Shown piece after piece: positions 53,730 through 64,000 of a stretch of DNA of 64,000 nt; positions within the stretch are counted from its first letter, which is position 1, and each line of letters starts with the position of its first letter. A program made the position numbers and the translations under genes. Origin of the DNA: Eledone cirrhosa. Taxonomy: Eukaryota. The notes beneath the pieces were generated by a model, which worked only from the letters and a program-made list of their open reading frames with translations, was not told the origin of the DNA and made no database searches. The stretch lies in assembly GCA_964016885.1 (NCBI GenBank), contig OZ024743.1, positions 91,698,001 to 91,762,000 on the forward strand, given 5' to 3'.

Positions 53730-56108
53730 GCGTATGTAGTGTGTGTATTTCTGTGTGTGTGTGTGTTTGTGTTGTGTGTCTGTAGTGTGTGTATTTATGT
53801 GTGTGTGTGTGTTTGTGTTGTGTGTCTGTAGTGTGTGTATTTCTGTGTTGTGTATGTATGTGTGTGTGTTGTGTGTCTGTAGTGTGTGTATTTATGTGAT
53901 GTGTGTGTGTGTGTGTGTGATTGTGTCTGTAGTGTGTGTATTTATGTGATGTGATGTGTGTGGGTGTGTTTGTGTGATTGTGTGTGTAGTGTGTGTATTT
54001 CTGTGATGTGATGTGTGTGTGTGTGCATGTGTGTGTCTGTGTGTTTGTGTGATTGTGTCTGTAGTGTGTCTATTTCTGTGATGTGATGTGTGTGTTTGTG
54101 TGATTGTGTGATTGTGTCTGTAGTGTGTGCGCATGTGTGTGTCTGTGTGTTTGTGTGATTGTGTCTGTAGTGTGTGTATTTCTGTGATGTGATGTGTGTG
54201 GGTGTGTTTGTGTGATTGTGTGTGTAGTGTGTGTATTTCTGTGATGTGATGTGTGTGTGTGTGCATGTGTGTGTTTGTGTGATTGTGTGATTGTGTCTGT
54301 AGTGTGTGTATTTCTGTGATGTGATGTGTGTGTTTGTGTGATTGTGTGATTGTGTCTGTAGTGTGTGTATTTCTGTGATGTGATGTGTGTGTTTGTGTGA
54401 TTGTGTGATTGTGTGTGTAGTGTGTGTATTTCTGTGATGTGATGTGTGTGTGTGTGCGTGTGTGTGTGTCTGTGTGTTTGTGTGATTGTGTCAGTAGTGT
54501 GTGTATTTCTGTGATGTGTGTGTGTGTTTGTGTGATTGTGTGATTGTGTGATTGTGTGTGTAGTGTGTGTATTTCTGTGATGTGTGTGTGTGTGAGTGTG
54601 AGTGTGTCTGTAGTGCGTGTATGTGTGTTGTGTGTCTGTAGTGTGTGTATTTCTGTGTTGTGTGTGTGTGTATGTGTGTCTGTAGTGTGTGTATCTCTGT
54701 GTTGTATGTATGTGTGTCTGTAGTGTGTGTATTTCTGTGTTGTGTGTGTGTGTGTATGTGTGTCTGTAGTGTGTGTATCTCTGTGTTGTGTGTATGTGTG
54801 TCTGTAGTGTGTGTATTTCTGTGTTGTGTGTGTGTGTGTATGTGTGTCTGTAGTGTGTGTATCTCTGTGTTGTGTGTATGTGTGTCTGTAGTGTGTGTAT
54901 TTCTGTGTTGTGTGTGTGTGTGTATGTGTGTCTGTAGTGTGTGTATTTCTGTGTTGTGTGTGTGTGTATGTGTGTCTGTAGTGTGTGTATCTCTGTGTTG
55001 TGTGTATGTGTGTCTGTAGTGTGTGTATTTCTGTGTTGTGTGTGTGTGTGTATGTGTGTCTGTAGTGTGTGTATCTCTGTGTTGTGTGTATGTGTGTCTG
55101 TAGTGTGTGTATCTCTGTGTTGTGTGTGTGTGTGTATGTATGTGTCTGTAGTGTATGTATTTCTGTGTTGTGTGTATGTGTGTATGTGTGTCTGTAGTGT
55201 GTGTATCTCTGTGTTGTGTGTGTGTGTGTATGTGTGTCTGTAGTGTATGTATTTCTGTGTTGTGTGTATGTGTGTATGTGTGTCTGTAGTGTGTGTATTT
55301 CTGTGTTGTGTGTATGTGTGTATGTGTGTCTGTAGTGTGTGTATTTCTGTGTTGTGTGTATGTGTGTATGTGTGTCTGTAGTGTGTGTATTTCTGTGGTG
55401 TGTGTGTGTGTGTATGTGTGTCTGTAGTGTGTGTATTTCTGTGTTGTGTGTATGTGTGTATGTGTGTCTGTAGTGTGTGTATTTCTGTGTTGTGTGTATG
55501 TGTGTATGTGTGTCTGTAGTGTGTGTATTTCTGTGTTGTGTGTGTGTGTGTATGTGTGTCTGTAGTGTGTGTATTTCTGTGTTGTATGTGTGTATGTGTG
55601 TCTGTAGTGTGTGTATCTCTGTGTTGTGTGTGTGTGTGTATGTGTGTCTGTAGTGTGTGTATTTCTGTGTTGTGTGTGTGTGTATGTGTGTCTGTAGTGT
55701 ATGTATCTCTGTGTTGTATGTGTGTATGTGTGTCTGTAGTGTGTGTATCTCTGTGTTGTGTGTGTGTGTGTATGTGTGTCTGTAGTGTGTGTATTTCTGT
55801 GTTGTGTGTGTGTGTATGTGTGTCTGTAGTGTGTGTATTTCTGTGTTGTATGTGTGTCTGTGTGTCTGTAGTGTGTGTATCTCTGTGTTGTGTGTGTGTG
55901 TGTATGTGTGTCTGTAGTGTGTGTATCTCTGTGTTGTGTGTATGTGTGTCTGTAGTTTATGTATTTCTGTGTTGTGTGTATGTGTGTATGTGTGTCTGTA
56001 GTTTATGTATTTCTGTGTTGTGTGTATGTGTGTATGTGTGCTGTAGTGTGTGTATTTCTGTGTTGTGTGTGTGTGTGTATGTGTGTATGTAGTGTGTGTA
56101 TCTCTGTG

Positions 56109-56141
<33 letters not shown>

Positions 56142-57470
56142 TCTGTAGTGTGTGTATCTCTGTGTTGTGTGTATGTGTGTATGTGTGCTGTAGTGTGTGT
56201 ATTTCTGTGTTGTGTCTGTGTGTATGTGTGTCTGTAGTCTGTGTATCTCTGTGTTGTGTGTGTGTGTGTATGTGTGTCTGTAGTGTGTGTATTTCTGTGT
56301 TGTGTGTATGTGTGTATGTGTGTCTGTAGTGTGTGTATTTCTGTGTTGTGTGTGTGTGTGTATGTGTGTCTGTAGTGTATGTATTTCTGTGTTGTGTGTA
56401 TGTGTGTATGTGTGTCTGTAGTGTGTGTATTTCTGTGTTGTGTGTGTGTGTGTATGTGTGTCTGTAGTGTGTGTATGTGTGTCTGTAGTGTGTGTATTTC
56501 TGTGTTGAGTGTGTGTGTATGTGTGTCTGTAGTGTGTGTATTTCTGTGTTGTGTGTGTGTGTATGTGTGTCTGTAGTGTGTGTATCTCTGTGTTGTGTGT
56601 GTGTGTGTATGTGTGTCTGTAGTGTGTGTATTTCTGTGTTGTGTGTGTGTGTATGTGTGTCTGTAGTGTGTGTATCTCTGTGTTGTATGTGTGTATGTGT
56701 GTCTGTAGTGTGTGTATTTCTGTGTTGTGTGTGTGTGTATGTGTGTCTGTAGTGTGTGTATCTCTGTGTTGTGTGTGTGTGTGTATGTGTGTCTGTAGTG
56801 TGTGTATTTCTGTGTTGTGTGTGTGTGTATGTGTGTCTGTAGTGTGTGTATCTCTGTGTTGTGTGTATGTGTGTATGTGTGCTGTAGTGTGTGTATTTCT
56901 GTGTTGTGTCTGTGTGTATGTGTGTCTGTAGTGTGTGTATCTCTGTGTTGTGTGTGTGTGTATGTGTGTCTGTAGTGTGTGTATTTCTGTGTTGTGTGTA
57001 TGTGTGTATGTGTGTCTGTAGTGTGTGTATTTCTGTGTTGTGTGTGTGTGTGTATGTGTGTCTGTAGTGTATGTATTTCTGTGTTGTGTGTATGTGTGTA
57101 TGTGTGTCTGTAGTGTGTGTATTTCTGTGTTGTGTGTGTGTGTGTATGTGTGTCTGTAGTGTATGTATGTGTGTCTGTAGTGTGTGTATTTCTGTGTTGA
57201 GTGTGTGTGTATGTGTGTCTGTAGTGTGTGTATCTCTGTGTTGTATGTGTGTCTGTAGTGTGTGTATCTCTGTGTTGAGTGTGTGTGTGTATGTGTGTCT
57301 GTAGTGTGTGTATTTCTGTGTTGTATGTGTGTATGTGTGTCTGTAGTGTGTGTATTTCTGTGTTGTGTGTGTGTATGTGTGTCTGTAGTGTGTGTATTTC
57401 TGTGTTGTGTGTATATGTATGTGTGTCTGTAGTGTGTGTATTTCTGTGTTGTGTGTCTGTGTGTCTGCGA
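53730..57470. repeat. ~40-bp GT-rich minisatellite (gtctgtagtgtgtgtat[t/c]tctgtgttg(tg)n)
   Basis: Read directly; it explains the spurious 1219-aa ORF. Confidence 0.97.
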
Positions 57471-57552
57471 TGTGTGATTGAGAACGTATACGTAAGTATT
57501 CCGTTGATCGAAGAACTGGAACGCTCGTCGCAGACATCGACGGAGGTCCAAC

Positions 57553-57621
<69 letters not shown>

Positions 57622-57748
57622 CCTGACAGTATTTATGGATTTGTCCAGGTGTTTTTACATCCTATAATTTATTAGCGTTATAGCTTCTGTCTCTCGAGAA
57701 TAGAAATGTTTCGATAATTTGCTGGAAATTATGATGGATTGTTTGTGA

Positions 57749-57779
<31 letters not shown>

Positions 57780-57813
57780 TGTATGTATGTATGTATGTAT
57801 GTATGCATGTATG

Positions 57814-57858
<45 letters not shown>

Positions 57859-57969
57859 ATATATATAAGTATGTATGTATATGTATGTATGTATGTATGT
57901 TCTCTGGTTTTATAATTTCACAATTTTTTTTAAAATAGAGAGAGAGTCGGTTTCTAACATAGACACAAG

Positions 57970-60900
57970 ACTCTCTCATTGGAATTTACACAACATCAAC
58001 TAGGTAGATATGTATGTCTGCATGCATGTGTAGATATGGATGTTATTGTATGCGTGGATGTGGATGTTTTGAGTTGTATGTGTGCATGTGTATATGCTTT
58101 GTATCTGTACATGTGTATATGCAGTTATTAGATGCAACATTTTTGGAATGTTTTACATATTTTTACTGTTCCATTAATGGATTGTACTTGTAATTTCCTA
58201 ACTAGTTGTGTTCTTTCTGTTCCTGTGAAGCCTAGCTTCTCAAGATTTGTATTGAGGCAGTTACTAACATACCCCAGTGCCCCAATAATCACAGGCATAA
58301 ATCTGAAGGTGTAATCAGGGTGGAGTATCTGCAGATTTCTCATCTGTTCTGCATAAATATTCTCCTTTTCGCTAATCTTTGATATTATATTGGCATCTGC
58401 TGGGCAGCTAATTTCTACTACTGTGCATGCTTTCTTCTCCCTGTCTCATATCATAATATCTGGTCTGTTATGCCTGCATTTTATTGGGGTTTTTACTGGA
58501 ATATTCCACCAGTACTCTTTCATTTTACGTATGTGGATGTCTTCCACATTGCTGTAGCTTTTAATGTGTTTATTATCGGGGCTATCTTTTTTACGAACTG
58601 CATTGTACAGTGTTTTGGCCACTACATCATGCCTCATAGGTAGATAGTACCGCGATGACATCTTTGGACAGCAGATGATGACATGGGTGATATCCTCGAT
58701 GTTAGTTCTGCAGAGTCTGCACTTGTTATCACATCTAGGTGTTTTGTCTGCATCCATATCTCTTTTGTGAATCAGGTATTCATGTTAATCTCCTGTTCTT
58801 GGATTGCAAAAGTGTATCCTTCAAAGTGGTAGCCAATATAGCGCTTGTTGGTCCAAGATAGACTACTTTCCTTATCTATATTACTCTCACTCTGGAGCTT
58901 CCTGGCAACATATCCATGCATGATTTTTTGCTGATAAGCATGCAGTTTTTCATCCATGGATTCTCTGCGATACTGCTGAGCGACATCCCTGGGTGTGAGT
59001 TTTTGATTATCACACAGGGAATATCTCTCAAGGAGTTCCTTCCCAACTCTCATGATCTTATCTGTTTCATGCAGATAGACTTGCTCGAGAGACGGGCTCC
59101 TACGCTTCGAGGTTCGTAGATGTTGTCGGAGGGATATGATGCGACATTCAAATGTTGTCTGGACTGATGTTAGGCCTCTGCCGCCCTTCTTACGTTTCAA
59201 GTAAAGGCGGTCTATGTCACTGTTGATGTGGAAGTTTCCGGTGTTGTTTAGTATTTTTCGAGTTCCAACATCAACTGCTCGGAATTCGTCTATCGTCCAA
59301 TTGAGTATTCCAAACGTTGGTGTTAGGATAGGCACAGCAAACACATTGTGAGCCACTGTTTTGTTTTGCGCAGAGAGTTATGATGACCAAATCTTTCTTA
59401 ATCGGGTGTAGTATTCCCAGGTTACGCGTTCTTTATTACAGATACCATTATAGGATATGTTCTCATCTAGCCCCAGGTATCTGTAGCAGTCCTCATCAGA
59501 TATCGGTGAAACAGTTAGACCATTGATGACAATGATGCTAGATTGGGTTGTTGTTTTTCTCCGCTTTACAGTCATGTATGAGCATTTATCTTGGCCAAAC
59601 TCTATTCCTATATCCTTTGAGAACGTTGTAATCAGGTCAAGAATTTTCTTCATCCCATCCACGTTCTTGGCATAGAGTTTCAGATCGTCCACAAAGAAAT
59701 TATGGGTTAGGTTCGTATTTCTGTCCTCCTGTGAGCCAATGATGTATCCCTCACATTTCTTGAGCAGAAAGGACAAGGGGTTTCATGACAAGATGAATAA
59801 TATCACAGAGAGACTGTCCCCCTGAAATATACCCCTGCGATATTTTATTTTATCAGTGAAAATAGAGTCCTCCTTCTCTGTCTTTAACTTTAGGATATTA
59901 GCCCAAGAAGAAGACAGCCTCTCTATGGCTCTGACAATAATGTCTGGGACTTTAGCAAGTTGGAGAGCCTCTATCATCCCAGAGTGGGGAACAGAATCGA
60001 AAGCTTTCCTGTAGTCCAACCAGACTGTAGCCATATTCCTCCTAAGTTGTCGCACCTCCGACATCGCAGTTTTATTGATTAGGAGTTGTTCAGCACATCC
60101 CCAAACCCCTTTCTTTCCAGCTGCTTGTTCATCTGTGATGATGTTATTATTTTCACAGTGATCTTGGAGGAATAGGTTCAGGCAGGCTGTATACATCTTA
60201 TACATCAGGTTCTGGCATGCAATGGGTCGGTAGTTTTTTGCCAAGTGGGTGTCTTTGTTCTTGGGGAACAGTAAGGTTCGTGCTAATGTCAACCATTCTG
60301 GAGTAAGTGTATCTCCCTTAAGAACTTGTTGGTAGAGGTCAGTAAGATACCTCCGATAAAATATCAGTTTTTTGTACCAGTAGCTGACAATCATGTCTCT
60401 TCCTGGTGTTTTCTTATCTTGGAGTTTTCCTATCACAGTCTCAATTTCGTATGTTTTTGTTGTAGTGTAGGAGCAATAGTTCTTTCGGAATTCTCTTAGC
60501 CACACTGCATCTTGATTCAAATTCTTCTTTTCACCCCATATTTTTCTCCAAAAGGAATCTGTCTTTCTGGGATGGGGCCTCATTGACACTTATTATTTTG
60601 CCCTTCATATCTCTATAGACTGATTTTTGGTTTCGTCTGAATCTTTTATTAAGCACTTTTCTCTCATCTACCTTCTTCAGGTATCGGCGTTTTTCTCTAA
60701 CAGTTCTCAATTCTTGTTTGAGGGTCATTAGCTTATATTGAAGAGTTCTGGTTCTACTGTTACCAAACATCGTCTCTATTTTTTTTTCACTCTTTGTTGG
60801 TGAGGAGTGAGGTTTTTTGTGTGTTTGTTTGCATGTAAAGAGCATTGTCACATGTCCTATGTTTTTTCGTAGGTCAGCACCCTTTTTTTATTTTAGTTAT

Positions 60901-61084
60901 ATATGATGGTATTTTTGGTGGTGTTTTGTTCTTGTTAATATCTCTGCTATCACCAAGATAATGCTTCACTGTCGTTGCTAAGGCATATAAACAGGCGTTG
61001 ATTTGCCAAAATGTTGGGGTTTTTATTCGTCGTAAATATTCATCACGTATTTCGTCAATAACATGTAATATTTTATTATTTGTT
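57970..61084 (-). mobile_element. R4/Dong-clade RLE non-LTR retrotransposon, decayed
   Basis: KTPGRD, NYRPIAC, WLDYRKAFDSVPH, GIFQGDSLS, FFVDDLKLY, YRYLG, GGRGL, CRLC..EDITHVIICC, RHD, RPDIMI and PVIIGALG over six ORF pieces. Confidence 0.92.
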
Positions 61085-61160
61085 ACGAGGTCGATAAAAT
61101 AAAGTACCAGTAATGCACTGGGTATTTGCTGGCCTTGTGCCTAAAGTAGAAACAGTTATT
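61085..61160 (+). mobile_element. SINE family 1, 3' half
   Basis: gtcgataaaataaagtaccag...gtagaaac. Confidence 0.8.
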
Positions 61161-61264
61161 TGTTTTTTTTATTAAACGTTGTCGTTTTAATCTCCAAGAG
61201 AAATGCGATTTATAATTACGGTTTCTTCTGTAGCTACAACTGAATAAAGTTTGTTTACCTTTCT

Positions 61265-61298
<34 letters not shown>

Positions 61299-61481
61299 TG
61301 TATGTATGTATGTATGTATGTATGTATGTATGTATGTGTGTATGTGTGTATGTATGTATGTATGTATGTATGTGTGTATGTTGGTATGTGTGTGTATGTA
61401 TGAATGTATGTATGTGTGTATGTATGTATGTTTGTATGTATGTAGGTATGTATGTGTGTATGTATGGGTGTATGTGTGTAT

Positions 61482-62093
61482 GTCAGGTCACCAGTTGGTG
61501 CTACTGGTAACATGTATCCCAGTACAACCTGTCTCGTGGTCGGGCGGGTCGTTGGCGACTAAACTGGCAACCGCACCAAGGTTTCTTGGTGAGGAGGGTG
61601 ACTTTGGACATCCTGCAGAACTAAAAACAAAACCTTTCAAAGGGCAAAGGAGCTCTTAAGAGTCAATGGCCATCCAAAATCACCGGGAGAGATGACCCCT
61701 TAGCCTTTGTCAAGGCAGAATTCTAGGAGAAGGAAAACTCTGATATAACACCTGCAACCCTGATGGTATCTAATGATGTTGACTTGTTCTTCTTTTTGGT
61801 AAATATCATCTTGGTTAAGAGAGTGGGACTAGCTTTGTGCAGTGCCTTTGCTCACTATAAAAGCTTCATGGCACATGCATTGCTTTATATCTGGAGATCT
61901 CTCTGCACATGTCGTAACATGGTACCATGGGCCCAGCAATATGTGTCAATAATTGTCACAAGTGTAGTGTTTGTACCAGAGTTTTCAAGTCGCTGGCTGG
62001 ACTAAAAAGTCACATTCGTTCAGCGCATCGGTAGGGTTCTCCTACATGGATATAAAGTAGTGGCCATACTCGAAAACAAGTTGGCAGCCACCA
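61482..62093 (+). mobile_element. ~600-bp non-coding retroposon, copy 2
   Basis: Colinear with 49328-49918; (ATGT)n on both sides. Confidence 0.8.
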
Positions 62094-62272
62094 TGTATGT
62101 ATGTAGGTGCGCGTATGTATATACGCACGCATGTATGCATATAAGTACCTATGTAAACATATGCGTATGCATATGTGTATGTGTATATGTATGTATGTGT
62201 GTGTGTGACTGTATGGGTATATGTATTAGTCAAAACGAAACGAACAGACAAGATGCAATGACTTCATAAGTT

Positions 62273-62314
<42 letters not shown>

Positions 62315-62316
62315 AC

Positions 62317-62372
<56 letters not shown>

Positions 62373-62394
62373 GAAGAAGAAGAAGAATGATGCT

Positions 62395-64000
62395 TTCTTT
62401 ATTAACCACAAGGGTTTACATAAAGTAGACATTAAGGACAGTACAGGACAATACAGGACGGTACAAATGGGCATTTCTGCGTGTAAAAAAAACAAAAACA
62501 GAGGATGTAACAAAAAATAACAATGAAAAATTCCCCAAGAGGGGGGAGACTTCCGAGGGACATTTGTGGAGAAAGCCCATTAAAAGGCCACAGTGACCCT
62601 GACCACCAGAGCATGTGCCCTCTCCCAGTTTTCCACCTTTAATTTACAGACACATACTCAGAGTAGGCCCATTCACTCGGGCCATACTTGCTTCTCTCAC
62701 TCATCTTTCAACAAAATGCTGGGAAGAGAACACTTCCCTCTCTACCCTGATTTTCCTTTTCAAATGAAATTTGAAAAAGTTAATCAGGGCATCACCGAAG
62801 AGGTAAGTGCTCGTCTTCAGCACTTTCAAACATGTCCACCATACTATCTCTTTCGCCATGGCCACCAGACATAAATCCTGCCTGCCCTTCCCGGCTAAAG
62901 GAAGATAGCGGGGCAATCCTCACGATGGACTCAGCTGATAGCTGGATCCGTCCTACACGTGACAGCAGGTGTTCGACATAAACCCACAAGTCAGCAATGC
63001 TCGGACACTGGACGAGTGCGTGCAGGATGGTTTCGTCGCCCTGCGCGCATCTCAGACATGCCCGGCTGACGGCACCTCCATGCCTGTAGAGTTTATCCCG
63101 AACTGGCAAAGCTCCTCGGTAGCACTGCCAGGCCAGGGATTTCTGGAAGTTGTCCATAGGCCCCGGCCCGAAAGTTCTTCCGAAGAGATTGGCTAGTTGA
63201 TTTTCGTCGACACCTAGAGTTTCTCCAAGTACGTCGTCGCTCTTCCCCTCCACTAATCCTCTATAGAAACCAAGGTTGAGTTTCCACCGATCACATTGCC
63301 CGAGTGGTCGAGGGCTGTGAGCGCCTGAAGACATTCCAGTCTCCAAGCGCTCCCTCTCGGTCTTCGCTTGACCCAGGACTGCAGCTCCGTCAAGGAGACG
63401 AGCTGGGGAAAGACGCGTCTAGCAAAGGGCATTTGTATGTGTGGAGGCGGTGTGAACTTTTGGGGTGTTGTGTAGTCTTTTTCTGTGTTGCTTGTGTTGC
63501 GTTGGATATAGTGTAATCGTTGGTTGTTGTTCAAATTTAATGCTGTGTAGTGTGTATCGTTTTGGTTGTTTTGTTTTGTTTGCGTTTGTTGTGGGTTTGT
63601 TTCTGTTTCGCTTTTTGGTGACTTTTGTGGTGTTGGTGATGGTGGTGTTGGGGTTAATGATGGTGATGGTGTTGGTGTTTGTGGTGATGGGGTTGGTGAT
63701 GCTGGTGTGGATGGTGGCATAGCTGTCCTAACTTTTTTGTTTGATAGTTTATTTGTTTCCCTCTGTATTTTGTTTTTGGAAGGGGAAGGAAGAGGATTTT
63801 TTTCTTTTTTGGCTTCTTTTTCTTTTTTTCTTTTTCCTGATACCGTTTCCCACTCCTCGTCGTCACAATCTGTCTCCAGTTGCGATAAGTTGGGGAGTGG
63901 AAAATCTTCCACAGGTGTTGGTTTTGGTTGTGGCGTGGTGGATGGTATAGGCGCTGGTGCTAGTTCTGGCGCGTTGGGTGGTGGTGGTGTTGATTTTGTT
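62395..64000 (-). mobile_element. Tx1/L1 LINE relative with an ORF1-like segment joined directly to the ORF2 C-terminus
   Basis: LFGRTFGPGPMDNFQKSLAWQCYRGALPVRDKLYRHG is identical to the 38-kb copy; a Pro/Thr-rich ORF1-like region lies upstream of ~63430. Confidence 0.88.

Noticed and set aside
53892-57551. 1219-aa ORF and the other long His/Thr/Tyr/Ile/Val/Cys-rich ORFs
   Set aside because: They are translations of stop-free satellite and microsatellite strands, with no domain content.

Overview
This is a gene-poor, AT-rich animal genomic window made almost entirely of microsatellites, minisatellites and transposable elements. The SINE families and repeat landscape resemble an octopus/cephalopod genome, which is an inference. 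I found no host protein-coding exon, and nearly all ORFs in the track are translations of simple repeats. Mobile elements recognised: two decayed Penelope-like elements (PLEs; the first retains RT + GIY-YIG, the second only the post-RT and GIY-YIG region), a nearly intact Tx1/L1 LINE plus two partial copies, a decayed R4/Dong-type RLE LINE, CRE and RTE fragments, three non-autonomous Helitrons, a Tc1/pogo-type MITE and more than 15 tRNA-derived SINE copies. The main hidden signal is a dense set of type I hammerhead ribozymes, folded by hand: about 11 complete or near-complete motifs plus several half motifs, from about 8 apparently unrelated sequence families. Two lie in the PLE 3' UTRs. The others lie in short non-coding elements ending in (TA)n tracts, which repeatedly form head-to-head fold-back palindromes, often turning inside ribozyme stem II. 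This suggests a diverse PLE-pLTR or retrozyme-like population with a snap-back replication signature.
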